NCBI RefSeq assembly: GCF_036321535.1
Contig: NC_087436.1
Span: 83,888,001 to 83,952,000, forward strand
Length of the DNA stretch: 64,000 bases
Reading direction: 5' to 3'
DNA from: Camelus dromedarius
Taxonomy: Eukaryota
Shown: positions 39,621-52,944 of the stretch, one piece after another
Numbering within the stretch: the first letter of the stretch is position 1
Layout of the letters: every line of letters starts with the position of its first letter
Position numbers and translations under genes: made by a program
The notes under the pieces: generated by a model
Seen by the model: the letters and a program-made list of their open reading frames with translations, nothing else
The model's database searches: none
Told to the model about the DNA's origin: nothing

Positions 39621-40704
39621 CCCAAGGCCTTGAGCAGTCCTGGGTCTCAAACTTAGCATATGGAAGACCGTTCATTGACTAGGAACATTTGCTTTGTACT
39701 TTGTACAAACATACAATACAGTTAGCTATGCTCAGCCACAAGATTTGGAATTATTCTCTTCCATCCTCTTCTCTCTTGTCCTTGGAAATCTTTCACATTT
39801 ATGATGTCTGTCTAATAGTGTTGACCCTAATGGATGTAATTCCAGGCATTGCCAGCAGCCAGTGACTCTTAACAAAGCTTTTAGTTGGTGGGGGTTTGAA
39901 AAGAGGCATCTATTGATTCAATATTTGAGTTTATTTTCTTTTCTTCATTCTTTATTCTGTATCTCACCACCCCTCTTTGCGCCCCCCCCCATTAGAAGAA
40001 CTTTAAAAAATCAAAGTGGTCATAGGTGATCAATATGAAGGCTTTTGTTTTAAAGAGAAGAAGGACAGCCACCTTTATCTTAGTGATACTGAAAGGTAAG
40101 GACATGAACTTCGAGGCTTGTAGGAATCATCATCTTCAGCTTCCTCCCCACAGCAACCCCAACTGATTCATGATTCCCCAATTCTTTCCCTGCCCAGTTC
40201 CAAGAAGAATAGCAGGTGTGATCAGAAGTGCAGAAAAAGAAAAATATATAGTTATTTTCTAAGCAGAACTGAAGTTTGGACCGTCTCATTCATAAATTAC
40301 ATGAGAAAGATTACATGAGGAAAAAACACTTGCATATTGGAGAATTTGGCTGAATAATTTAAAAACTCACTTTATAATTTATATCATAATTCTCTCGTAC
40401 CTGCATCTTTTGGGTATAAACATGGCAAAGGTATAGTTGTTTTTATATTATAGTTTCCAACAGAATTTCTGAGCATTGTTTTCTCACCATAGAAATGTTC
40501 CTCTAAGCTTACTTTTAGTTCTCCTATTTTTGTGGAGTCACATGGTACCATTATGAACATTCATAGTTTCATTATGTTTTTATTGAGCATATACTCTGTT
40601 TCTAGCACTGTTCTAAGTGTTAGGATATAAAACTTCCTGCTTTCATGGAGCACAGGGGAAAAAAAGATAAATTTGATTGTAACTTAGCTTGGTTTTACTT
40701 TTGG

Positions 40705-41182
40705 TGTTGGTTTCCATTTGCCATGGTAAGAAAGTACCACAAATTTAGGGCTTAAAATCATACAAATTTATCTTCTTCCAGTTCTGCACTTCAGAGTTCT
40801 GAAATGAGACTTCTGGGGCTGAAATTAAGGTGTTGGCAGGGCTGGTTCTTTCTGGAGGCTGTGAGAGAGAATCTGTTCCTTGACTCTTCCAGCTTCTAGA
40901 GGTTGCCGGCATTCCCTGGCTTGTGGTCAAATCACTCCACCCTCTGCTTCTATCATCACACTTTCTTCTCTGTCTGATCTGCCTATGTCCTTCTTTTTAC
41001 AACCCTTGTAATTTTATTGGGCCTACAAGCATAATCCAGGATAATCTCATCATCACAAGATCATGAATTTAATCACATCTACAACGTCTCTTTTGCCACA
41101 TAAGGTACCATATTCACAGGTTCTGGGGATTAGGACATGAGTATCTTTGGGGGAGTGGGGAGCACACTTTTCACCCTGGCAT
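40705..41182 (-). mobile_element. MaLR LTR (MLT1C/D-like)
   Basis: aaggtgttggcagggctgg...ataatccaggataatctc...ggttctggggattaggac. Confidence 0.85.
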
Positions 41183-42485
41183 ACTCTTTTAATATGTAAG
41201 ACCAAAGAACTTATTTCCAAGCTTCAGTTGGAGTGTCATAGAAGCTGTTTTTTATAAAAGAACGATTTCATTTGCTTTCTCACAATTTGAGGTAGGCTGC
41301 CATAACAAGGCACATGTGAGTTCTGTTTTACTTGTGAGCAGGGTGTTCAGAGATTTGGCCCCACCACTTTCTAGCCTGTGATCTTGAGCAAATTCCCCAG
41401 CCTCTGTGATCCTTATTATCTTCATCTCTCTAAAATGGTGATAATAGGAACTTTGTCAACTGTTGTCATCTGTTGTCTGAGGACCATCTGAGATAACTAT
41501 GAAAGGCGTTTGGCTTATTGTAGGCAGTGTTTCTCAACTTCTGGTACACAGGCTTCTAGGGGATCCACAGATAAGATTCAGTGAATGTTTCATCCTCTGG
41601 ATTTATATACAAAATTTTGTTTGTATAAACACACATTTTGGGGGGAGGAATCTTATCTCTATTTTTCATTACACTTTCTAAGGGTCTATAAACTTGTTAA
41701 ACACTAAAACCCATTGTGCTAGCTAATCATAATGGTATTTCCCTTTTTCTTCCAGTTTCTCCAGGAGTGGGATTGGTTCACTCCCTTCATCAAAACGACA
41801 AACTTGACATGTAGGCAAACTTCGGAGTGAATGCTCAGACGGGATGGCAGCACCAGTGGTGCCTCCTTTTCTCTTTCTATAATGGTGGTTCCTGGTACAC
41901 AGAGCTCGTCCTGTTTAAAGTAGATGATATGCTGACCTATCATAAGGCAATACCTTTTCCTCTTAAAGGAATACGCATGGCTCCAGCTGCTAATAACAAT
42001 TTAGCCTTGATCTGTCTGAATTTTTAAATCACCATTCCATCTACATGATTCAAAACTCGTTGAGCACTCCTATCTTCACTTTGCCCACACTCACTGGCAA
42101 CTTGTCCAGCTTGCCCCTTTCAGCCCAGCTCACTGAACCATGAGCATGTTGTGTGGACATATGTGATTTGAATGGAGGTCTTTTACTGAGCCCAGGTACA
42201 TGGCTTCCTTATTTCAGGACACGGGACTTCCTTGAAGTTTTGGCTCCGTGAAATGATCTTATTGTATGATTGACTGTGAGTTTCTTGAGAGCAGAGCTCA
42301 TATTTTGTCCATTTCCTTATCCCTTCTACATAATACCCCACCTAGATTATAGTAAGTGCTCAGGAAGTATTTGTCATATTAAAGCGAATGTTTATTAATA
42401 CCCAACTCATTTTTTTCCATGAAATCTATCTTCCTTTCTATTTCCTTCTCTATTAATGGTATCAGTATGAAAACTGTGATTATAT

Positions 42486-42652
42486 CAGGGGTCAGTCTAT
42501 AGCCCTCAGGCCAAGTCCGGCTGCCACCTATTTTTGTAAATTGGAAGTTTAACTGGAACATGGCAGAGTTAAGTAGCTGTAAAAGACTGTAGACCACAAA
42601 GCCTGAAGATTTGCCATCTTACCCTTTACAGAAAATGTTTGCCAACTGCAGA
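42486..42652 (+). mobile_element. MER58A-like hAT-Charlie MITE
   Basis: caggggtcagtc...ggccaagtccggctgccacctatttttgtaaa...ccctttacagaaaatgtttgccaac. Confidence 0.85.
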
Positions 42653-44499
42653 CTTAGGCAAAGATGCCCAGCAAAGTTCTCTCATGGGATAGAAAAGATT
42701 TCTGTCCATATTGCTTTCTTAAATATGGACTTTTCTCATTGATTCTTCTGCAACTCATCCTTAATCTCCACTTATGCTAAGGGCCACCTCATTGTTGAGC
42801 TCTTCATAAGTCAGGAATAATATGACCTCTGGAGGGTAGGAATTGCATCAAATCTATCTTGCATCCTTGACTGAACTCAGTAACTGTTGCTTGTGTGAAG
42901 TGTGATCTTCTCCAAATATGTGAGCAAATATCTCACTGTTTGTGACCATTTCTAGGCTTTCTTGTTGGTTTTTACATAGAGTATAAAGTTCTTTAGAAGA
43001 GGTTCACCTATTGCCTTTGATAATAAATGTGCCACTCCTACTGGGGTAGGTAAAGATGAGAGATTACTTCATCGCTAGAGTAGGAGAAAGGCGCTGGATT
43101 CAGGAATACTATTTTTGCACAAATTGAATATATAAACCAACTCAGTCATTAGTCTCACTGAAAACATGAAGCCTAAGCCTTCTTAGGCAATATCTCAATG
43201 TTACAAGCTTGTCAAATAACTCTGGACAAGATTTAACTTTTATTTTAAGGGTAGGTCAATTTTTATTGCTGGGGGAGTCAACACAATTATGTAATATTTT
43301 ACTAAAGTTAAGAGACAGTAATAAATCTCTGATCCTTTGAGTCTCTGTATATACCTTGTTCTGATCTAGAAACGACTCCTCTGCCAGCTCACGTTTAAAT
43401 CTTATTAGGTATACACTTTAAATTATGCCAAAACTCCACCCCTGCCAACCACACTATCACCCGCATCACCTCCTACATTCCTTCTATCTTACTTAGTATT
43501 TCGAAAACCTTTTTAATCTTATTGTTTCCTTCTCCCACTCTGTCCCATAGTTAGTACTTATTTTTGCTCCACTTTTTTGGATTTGAATATTATTCTGATT
43601 AAGAAGTGTCAAGCTTCAATCTCCAAATTTTCCTTTGCTCAAACATCTCCTTCAACCCACTCAAATGCTTCTCTCACCAGGGTCCTCACATGCCCTGCTG
43701 AGTTGGAGAGTCTAGTAATGTGGATTTCGCTGTATTTCCTTATTTCCTATTGAAAATGGAGACCAAAATTTAAGTTAAAAGCACAACTGAAAGCAATGGT
43801 CTCATCTGGGGCTTCCCCAGTTCCTCTTTGTTCCTGAGACCTTAACCATGGAAAGCGAGCACGCCAGAGCAGGGGCAGTCTCCTGGAGTTTGGGCATCAT
43901 TCCAAACCTTCAGTTTAGGTGTAATACAGCTAGAGGATGAAGATGGTAGACTAGAATGAAGTTAGACAAGAAGAAGGATTTGTAAAAAACACCTCAATCA
44001 GCTGAGACATAAGGGGGAAAATCTCTGTCCTTAACTTACCTGTTGGGAAGATTCTGGGCTTCTCAGACTTATCACTGCAAAGGGAGCTTCGTAAGATCTA
44101 TCTTGTATGTTGATCACGAGAATGGGGACAATGTATTTATTTAAGTGGGTAGCCCAGTACCTAACACATAAGTGGAACCCATTTACTGGCAGTTTTTGTT
44201 ATTATTCTTCATTCCAGAGACAGCAGGGCTGGTAAATGAATTAAGAAAGAGTTAACATTTTCAAAGCCATGGTGGCAAACACACACACTTCTCCTGGAAT
44301 AGCAAATAAATATGAGAGCGAGTCTAAAGGACTTGCCTGTGACAAGATTTGCCTTCACCCAATTAGAAAGTCATCCCTAATAAACCCACTCAATGCTTTC
44401 CTCACCAAGGTCCCAAATGACCTGCCAAGTCCGAGAGTCTAGCAATGTGATTTCAGTTCTTCCCTTTGAAAACGTAGACGATCAATATCTTAACTGCCA

Positions 44500-45358
44500 T
44501 ATCAATATGGCAGTTTTTGCTGTCATAACGAAAATACACCGTCCCTGATTTTACAATGGTTCACCTTGTAATTTTTTCCTTAAGATAGTGGGAAAGCAGT
44601 ATGCATTCAGTAGAAATTGTTCTCCAAATGTTGAATTTTGACCTTTTTCCCGGGCTAGCATTATGCAGTACGATATTCTGCAATACTGGGCAGTGGCCAT
44701 GAGACCCAGCTCCCAGTCAGCCACACCATCATAAGGGTAAACGGCCAATACACTTACAATCATTCTGGACCCACACAACCATTCTGTTTTTCACTTTCAG
44801 TAGTGTTCAATAAATTATATGAGAAATTCAACACTTTATTATAAAATATGCTTTGTGTTAGATGATTCTGCCCAACAATAGGCTAATGTAACTGTTCTGA
44901 GCACATTTGAGGTAGGCTAGGCTAAGCTATGATGTTCTGTAGACTAGGTGTATTAGATGCAGCTTTGACTTAATGATATTTTCAACTTACAACAGGTTTA
45001 TCAGGACATAATCCCATCATAAGTGGAGAAAGATCTGTACCACAGACTAGCTGGCATGGACAACAAACATTTATTTCCCATAGTTCTGGAGGCTGGGAAG
45101 TCCAAGATTAACGTGCCAGCATATTTGATGTCTAGTGAGAGCCTGCTTCCTGGTTCACAGACAGTTGTCTTCTTGCTGTGTCCCCACATGGTGGAAAGAA
45201 GGCACGAGAGCTCTCTAGGGCCCCTTGCATTAGGGCACTAATCTTGTTTGTGAGGATGACCCAATTATTTTCCAAAGGCACCACTCAGTACCATCCCCTT
45301 GGGGTTAGGGTTTCAGCATCTGCCTCTTAGAGGGGAAACAAACATTCAATACATTGCA
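44500..45358 (-). mobile_element. MLT1A-like MaLR LTR split by the MER82-like element
   Basis: gctgtcataacgaaaata | ccacagactagctggc...cagttctggaggctgggaagtccaagat-like body; ends aaacattcaatacattgca. Confidence 0.85.
44537..45037 (-). mobile_element. MER82-like TcMar-Tigger non-autonomous DNA transposon
   Basis: TA flanks at 44535-44536 and 45038-45039; internal aggtaggctaggctaagctatgatgttc and ttttcaacttac. Confidence 0.85.
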
Positions 45359-47889
45359 ATACGTTAAGTAAAACGTGCAACTAAAAGCAATAGTCTCCTT
45401 TCATTCTATTAAGCACTACCCCTCCCCGAGACCTGTTCTCTCTTTTTTAGCTAAAAAGCGACATATTGGATCTATGATCTAATGGCACCTGATAATCTCT
45501 ATTGACTGTTGGAGGACCCAGAATGTAATTATGATGTTCAGCCCCCAATTAGGATGGAAGATGGCTCTGTTCTTGATGCACAGCAAGAAGGAGAAGTGCA
45601 AGGCAGGTTAATGTGCTTCCTTTCAAAGGCCAGTTGCATGGCATCATTAACCTAAGGAATTTAGGAATGTCTTGAGGATCATCATTATTTCAGCCTTTGA
45701 AGTAGGTTTACTAACTCCATTTAGAGCAAGTCACTTACACAGGACTCATCTATGAGAGACAAAGAGTTAAAAGAGCCACTGAGGTCCCAGGAACTGGCTT
45801 TACTTTTCCAGGTCCCACTACAGAGAGCGTGTTGACATAAGGTGGTAGTGGGGGCCAGGGTTCTGACAATGCATATGACCTCAGACAAATGACAATCTCT
45901 CTGGGTCTCATATTTTTATCTAGAAAATATGGGAGTTGGATGAGATGACTACATTCCTTTGGCCTTAATATCACATCAACATCATTATTTTGATTACTGT
46001 TCTGAGCTTTCACATCCTCCAGGGACCCTGAATGCAGGAAATAAAAATTGAACAGGAAGTTAGAAGCCCTGCTGTCTTAATGGCTAGTGAGTGAGAATGG
46101 TCACTACTCTCTGGGCCTCAGCTTCCTCATCTGTAATGGGGTTCAGTGATGAGCAAACCAGGCATGTTCCTTGCACAGAGAGCAGAGCTGTGGGGTGGGA
46201 AAGACAGCACGGAGCAGGCGACATCAAGGTTCTTCCCACCTCTTAGGTTCATCTTAGCCACTGTCCACCATCACTAAAGCAAAGCTGAAATTGGAGGAGT
46301 CATGGAATCTAAATTACTGATTTTTGTTTTATATATATATACACACACACATATATATATGTAAAAAGACTGACTAGTAAGGAGAAGAAAACAATTGCTA
46401 AAAATAATTTAAAAGTCCAGTCTCCTGAAACATAGAAGGACTTCTCATAAACTCAGGAATCAAAATAATTCATAGAAAAGCAGGATTTCACAAAATCGCT
46501 TTTTGAGTGTGTAGAGTGCATGAGTTTAATGAGCAATAATGGCTTAATATTAAACTCGTGCCCTTATGTATTAAGAAAAACAAACAGTAGGAAAATCCAC
46601 ATTGTGTTACTGTATATCATTAACCTTACATATTGCTATTTCTGAGAATTACAAAGATTAATCTTAATGATCAAAGAAAGGGGGTGCCTCACTCTTTATC
46701 ATTGGGTAACTTGTCTGAGTGCAATTAACTGCCCTTCCCAGCTCAGAGAATCCTGGAGGTTAGAAAGGACACACCATTGTTTTTTTTTTGTTTAGTAGAT
46801 GTAGATTGGTAAACCAGAAATCAGATTATTTTATGTTCACATTTCAATTAAGCAGCAAGGAAGATAAACAAATAAAACTAAATATAGCATTACAGGAAAA
46901 AAAAAACTCTTTCCAGTTGTCTTCTTTAAAATTTCCCAAGCTCAGATGACCATAAGAAATAGGCCAGAATATTACTAGAATAGAAATATACTAGAATACT
47001 TTCTTCCAAGTTGTGTATATTGAGAGGCCAATGGCTCCCACTTTATAGATTACCCAGGATCAGTCAACTGAGTCATTAATGGATAAAGGCACTGTAGCTG
47101 CGTATGGGCAAATGAGTGAAAGAATACATAGATGAAACTTCCACGCTAGACTTTTAAAAATATAGTATTTCTTCCTTATGATTTCTCAACACAAGTTAAG
47201 CACAGACCCTAATGAATCCTTGCTGCTATCACTATGGTTATTTTCTTGGTTGACTTATGTAATATCAAAGTCCAAATAACTAGAAGTGTCTTTAAACAGT
47301 GTTTGGGTATTTTTAAAAAGTTAAATGAATAATTCAAATATTCAGGATTTTTTTCAAATATAGGATGATCTTTCCTACAACGTAACATTTCATATTAAGA
47401 GTATAATCCCAGAACATTATAAGAAAGACAGACAAGACAAGAATGATTTCCTTGAGAGAGAAAGCTGGCTGGGATGCTTTAGTTATAAATGCTACTTTCC
47501 TTGACTGAAGAAAAGGATATATTGCTTAAGATTTCCCCTTTATAAGATTCGTTTCTTTCTCTTGCGTGCTACCTTCAGAGATTCATGACTAAGTAATGCC
47601 TTGATTAATTCTCTTCGGAAGACACCAGAAGTCAGGTAAACAGAGAGGTGGAAGGAACGCCCTGCCAGGACCTAGGCTTCCTATTCATTGTCAGATCACA
47701 AGTGAGTTGTAAGTTTGGGACCTTGGTGTTTGGCCACGGCAGCATGAAAACATTACTAATCGACTTGTGAACCTTGAATAAGGGACCTTGAGAGAGCCTC
47801 CAAGGTGTCATCCCAAAGGCAGCAACATCCTTGAAAAAGCAGGCATGAGCTCATTTAGAATATCCTGAGCAGGTTCTGGAAAAATCAAC

Positions 47890-48400
47890 TCGTGTGCACG
47901 GTAGCCCGTGTACTGCCAGACTGGAGCCCCGGGGCCACCGAGGTCTTGTGTGGTCACTGCAGTAGTGTTTCCTCGATTTCCCCATCCCCTCGCCGGAGCT
48001 CTCCCAGGAGCCCCGGCCCTCTGTCTTCCCTCCCTCACCTCACGGGTTCTGGGGGCATCACATTCTCCCGCAGCGGCCGCTGCGACCACCCGGCTGCGAA
48101 GCCCAGCTCATTCCGGGCCTGGAAGTGCTGCTGCGGCGGCGGCTGCTCTTGCTCAGCCCTCTTGCTGCTCCTGCTCCCTAACGTTACCTTCCCTGGATGT
48201 GAAAACCCCCGCTGTGGGTAACAGTGATGGAGAGAAGTCCCTGTCTCACCCACCAGCGCTTTCCCGGCCGGGATGACACAGTGAGGCCCGTGCTCCGTGA
48301 GCCTAGGATCTCTGCCTTCTCGTATGTTCTGTTTCAGAGGCCTCTCCTCCTACCCTCCCTCTCTGGGCGTGGGAAGGTGAGGCCCAGGCTTTCCTCCCCT
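47890..48400. promoter_or_regulatory. Small second CpG island / candidate distal promoter
   Basis: CpG cluster with GCGGCCGC and gctgctgcggcggcggctgc; ETS-like ttccgg/ggaagt; minus donors GAG|GTGAGG (48039) and AAG|GTAACG (48188); plus donor AAG|GTGAGG (48376). Confidence 0.6.
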
Positions 48401-48484
48401 CAAAACCCAGGAGACTCTGATAATAGATCTTTCGGTGTCACAGCCTGATTCCCTCGACTCTCCAAGGCAAACAGAGTGATCACA

Positions 48485-49503
48485 ATCCAAGCTCATTTTC
48501 TACTGCTGCTCTAACAAATGACCACAAATGTAGTAACTTAAAACGACACGCATTTATTATCTTACAGTTTGCAGGTCCGAAGTCTGGTGTGAGTGTCAGC
48601 AGGCCAAAGTCAAGGTGCCAGCAGGCACCGACTTACTCAGGGTGTTGGCAGAATTCAGCTCCTTGGGGTTGTGTGAAGGAAAAGCTGGGCTGGTCTAACA
48701 AGATAACTCACAGGTCTAGGAATGTGAAGGAAAAGCTGGGCTGGGCTAACAAGATAACTCACAAGTCAAAGTATTGGAATACTGATCTGAGTTCTGCTGG
48801 ACTAACTTGTAAATCTAAGTTAATTAGTGTTGGTTTGCTGTTTATGTTTTTTTGCTAGCCAGCTGGATTTTCAAAGATACATATCTGGCTTTGGAATGTT
48901 GGTTTGCTGCCTCCCCGCCTCCACTTTTGTGATGATAATGCTGCTAAAGCTGTTCCATGCCTATTGGCCGAATACCCCAAGCTTGTACTTTACCCTATAA
49001 AATCTCATGCGCACGTCTTGGAGGTGCTCAGAGCTTCGGAGCAGAAGCCCCTCTGAGCCCGCCGGCGTAATACATCTGAGTACTCCAACCCTCCGAATGG
49101 TGCTTGTTTCTTGACTGGCCTGTCGTTTCCCTAACAGTTGTAGGGCTGAGGTCCTTGTTTTCTTGCTGCTTTCTGGGGGTCATTTCCAGCTTCTAGAGAA
49201 CACTACTTTCTCTGGCTCACAGCCTGCTCTCTCCATCTTCCAAGCTAACAATGGCAGGTGGAGTCCTTTTCAGCTTAGATTCCTTCCTTATTCTCTTTCC
49301 ATCTCATTTCTTGACCTTTCTTCTGCCTCCCTCATCTGCTTTTAAGATCTCACATGATTAGATCACGCCATCTAATCTCAAGGCCCTTATCTTTAATCAC
49401 ATCTGCAAAGATATTTTTTCTCGTAAGATAACATATTTTCAGGTTCTGGGAATTAGGATACATGTATCTTTATGGGAGGGGTTGTCATTATTTTGCTTAC
49501 CAT
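48485..49503 (-). mobile_element. MLT1D-like MaLR LTR split by a younger ERV LTR
   Basis: ctgctgctctaacaaatgaccacaaa...gttggcagaattcagctccttggggttg | tagggctgaggtcc...aatcacatctgcaaag. Confidence 0.85.
48672..49136 (+). mobile_element. Young 465-bp ERV solo LTR (4-bp TSD, ERV1-like)
   Basis: TG...CA ends; perfect TSD gttg (48668-48671, 49137-49140); inverted CCAAT (48963-48967); TATAAAA (48996-49002); AATACA (49069-49074); CpGs retained. Confidence 0.9.
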
Positions 49504-49587
49504 AGAATCTGCTCATTAATTCTTACTGTCTTAGTGTTTTCAAAACATGAGGAGCATCTAATATAAATTTACAGACTGAAATTATAC

Positions 49588-50090
49588 TCTGTTAGGCTTC
49601 TTTTGATTGAATTAGGAAATTACACTAGAGGAGTGGGGGGGAGATATTCATTAAATGATTAGATGAAGAAGTTCAGATGGCTTCAGGCACAAATGCATCC
49701 AAGAATTTCCCTTTCTTCCTCACATGACACTTCACTCCTCTGTGCAACTGCAAATTCAGGCAGGTTGTTTCTTTGTCTCTAGGCTTGTGCCTTATCATTC
49801 TAGCAAGGTCAGTAAAAAGAAATGTTCTTTCCCAAGAGTTCCAACAAAAGTTTGGAGGACAATTCTTGTTTACCCTGCTTAGTCATGTGATCATCTTAAA
49901 ACCAGACACCCTGAAGTCTGGGTGACCCAGTGCTTTGATTGGATAGGCATGACTCATATGCCTAGCTCTGGAGTCAGGTGATGAGGTCAGGCCCCCCTTA
50001 ATCACATGGACTGAAAGTGGATAGAGGTACTGTTACTTGAAGGAGGTGTGAAAGCTGAGCAGACAAAAACAACAGATATCTACCATTACT
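49588..50090 (-). mobile_element. Old MaLR LTR (MLT1J/K-like)
   Basis: ggcttcaggcacaaatgcatccaag...tgattggataggcatgactcatatgcc...gagcagacaaaaacaacagatatc. Confidence 0.65.
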
Positions 50091-52227
50091 TCTCAGAATT
50101 TTGGGAAAATACTACAGAGAGATTTAATATCTAAAGATAAAAATGTAAGTTGCAAGAGTAAGGGAAACAGAAATAGATATAGCTTTTCTATAATGCACAA
50201 TACAAAATATTCGTGTGAATAAATCAAAGTGACTTTTGTCTTTCATGCAAATATTGCACATTTGTGTGCATTCGTCCATTTATGTGTGATTTTAAGCAAA
50301 TTACTTAATATGAAGTTTCTCATATGTGAAATAAAATAATAGTCCTTACCTTTCAGAGTTGTTGCTGGGACTAGAGATAATGCATGTGGAGAAACCACCA
50401 TGGTGTCTGGCGTATGGCTGATGCTCAATGAAGGACAGACATCGTCATCATCATCATTATCATTATTTTAGTAAATCTCAACCTGGCTCACTGTTGGAAA
50501 AATAGTTTAAGTTACAGCACTTCTACATCAAAGTTTTCCTTGCTGGCAAGCAAGCTACTTGTAATGCTCTGCTTTAAATGTCAGGGATGAAATGAAATTT
50601 TGATCAATTTGTTCTGAAGCCATTAGGCCTTTTTATTGATTCTGCTCTGAGGAAAACCCCAATCGTTTTAAACATATTGATGCTGGCTGAAGTTAACTTT
50701 AATTTAACATAAACCAAAGGCGAAGTGAGGTCAGAATAGCAATGTGGCTAACAAGAAAACTGCATCCTTCCAAGCTGTTCTTTCCTTGCTGCTCTCCATT
50801 AAATCAAGTTTCATTTTATTAGCCAAGATGGATATATTCCTGGACCCATATCGCTCATCTCAATGCCTTTCTTCTCATAGAGGGTATGTCCTACTAGTAA
50901 GTAGGGTTCACTGCAAGCTCCTTAAGGACAAGGAATGTTTCTTATTCACTTGTCCAGAAGCCCTGTGCCCAGCCTACAATTGGATGCTAAGAACTTCTTG
51001 GATAGGTACTTGTTTAGAAATCAAGATGCCGAATATGTACGTATGTTTGTTTGTGGTTAAATTGTTACAAAATTGGCAGGAAGTATAAGTGACTGGGTTG
51101 GGAGAAAAGCATAAGAAAAATTAGAGAATAATAAAAAAGAAAATTCTCTTTAACTGACAACCAGGAATTCACTTGGAGTCCCTGGTCAGTTTCAAGGGTG
51201 ACGTGAACCTCCTGAGATTCTCTGCAAAATTTCGAGCACAGGTTTGTATGTGTGTTTTCTGGGAGTGATTTTCATGAATGTCTAAGGAGGCTCCTATCCA
51301 GGAGGTGTTATTTTTCCAGTGTTATTGGGCAGAGTGCAAGAATTTTAGGTCAGAGAATCATCTTTACAAGTGTACTTCAGAGAATTTGTACTGTTATCCG
51401 GAATTTTTTTAAAGGCTAAAAGATGGAATGAAATTCTCCTGCACATCTAACGACCCTTCTCCCCCATTGATTCTAAAAAGGATAGATAATCCAGTGCTCC
51501 CTAAGGCTTGTAGGGATGTCCCAGCCCATGCTACCATCAGGAACCGTAGAGCCATTAAGAGTTTACACTTTGACAATCAAACCCTGGGCTCAAGTTTCCA
51601 AACCTGAGAATTCAGATCAGTTCTGTTGTCCAGGCTGTCTTGTTAATGAGGAGCCTGGGGGAGCACATTACCTAAATCAGATGTATGGGCAGGCGGTGAA
51701 CACAGGTGTTTGCCATAGATAGAAACTGGGTGTGGCTGAGCTGAGCAGACCCGGTGGGGGGGGGGGGGGTCGGGGGTAGGGGGTGGAGGGAGCTGCGTGT
51801 GCAGGGAGAGAATTAATCTGATCCTACAAGCTGCAGCTGGGAAAAGGGGGTTGTTGAAAAATGCAAAACACAGAGCAAAGTTAGAACAATCACACTGGAA
51901 AAGATTGAAGGACATATTGAAGGACATATCCCAGAGATAAAACATGCCAACTATAGAAATTCCAGAAGAAAAAAGAAATACATGGAATGGTATAACTAAC
52001 TGAGAAGTAGAGGAAAGTTTACCTAATCAAAAAAGAATTAAATGGGATTTAATTACTAAATATGATTGGCACAATTGACCTGCCACCTAAAAGATAACAG
52101 GTTTGGGGCTTTATCACATATGAAGCTCAAAACTGGATACCAGTTGAAATAAAGGTTAAAATGTAGGGGATTCCACATGTAAATGAGGAGGGGTAGGCAG
52201 AGAAGAGGAAACTTCCAAGGGGCAGGT

Positions 52228-52490
52228 GATAATAATAGCTAATATCTTGTGCAAGCTTATTATGAATTATACACTGTCATAAGAATTTTACATGTTCTGT
52301 CCATGTAATCCTTCCAAAGCTTTGTCTGGTAGGTTCTATTAATTCCCTATTTTGCAGTCAGGAGACTGAGGGCTGAGGGATTAAGTAATGTGCTCAAGGT
52401 CTCACAGCCAGCAGGCAGCAAGGTAGGACTTCAGCCCAGGCGGAGGGGCTCCATTGCCCACCCCCATCAGGACTACACGACCTACCTCAG
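52228..52490 (-). mobile_element. MIR SINE
   Basis: cctattttgcagtcaggagactgagg...aagtaatgtgctcaaggtctcacagc. Confidence 0.8.
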
Positions 52491-52944
52491 TACCCACCTT
52501 GCCCAGCTCTAGCCCCTTCCCACAGCCGGCAGAAAGGGCCAAACACCAAACGTTTCAGCCTCTCTTGTGCCCCAAGTCAACAAAACCCAGCAATGAAGAT
52601 GTAATTAACTTCCTTCTCTCTTGTTAGTAAAGCCTGAAATGTCTGCTGTTCTCTCAAGCCACCCCACCAATCACACTGGAGGAACTTCATTTACCTGGTT
52701 CCCAGGTGAGTGTAGGCTGTGGCTTCACTCTGCTCCAGGTCCTATTGCAGATGGCTTTCTGCTGTTTTCCCTTCTGCCTTTGTTCTTTGCTTTTCTGTGG
52801 CTGAGTCCCTGTCCTAGACTCCACCTCCGTTAGCTGGGACTCTAAAACTCACCTCCTCCCTACTTAGCATCTTAACACTCCCTTCTCTGACGAAGTGATA
52901 ATTTCTTATTGTGTAGCCTTAAAATACATCGCCCAAGACCTCAC

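Noticed and set aside
48672..48767. Direct repeat resembling a CRISPR repeat-spacer unit
   Set aside because: There are only two copies, inside a retroviral LTR in mammalian DNA, and no cas genes.
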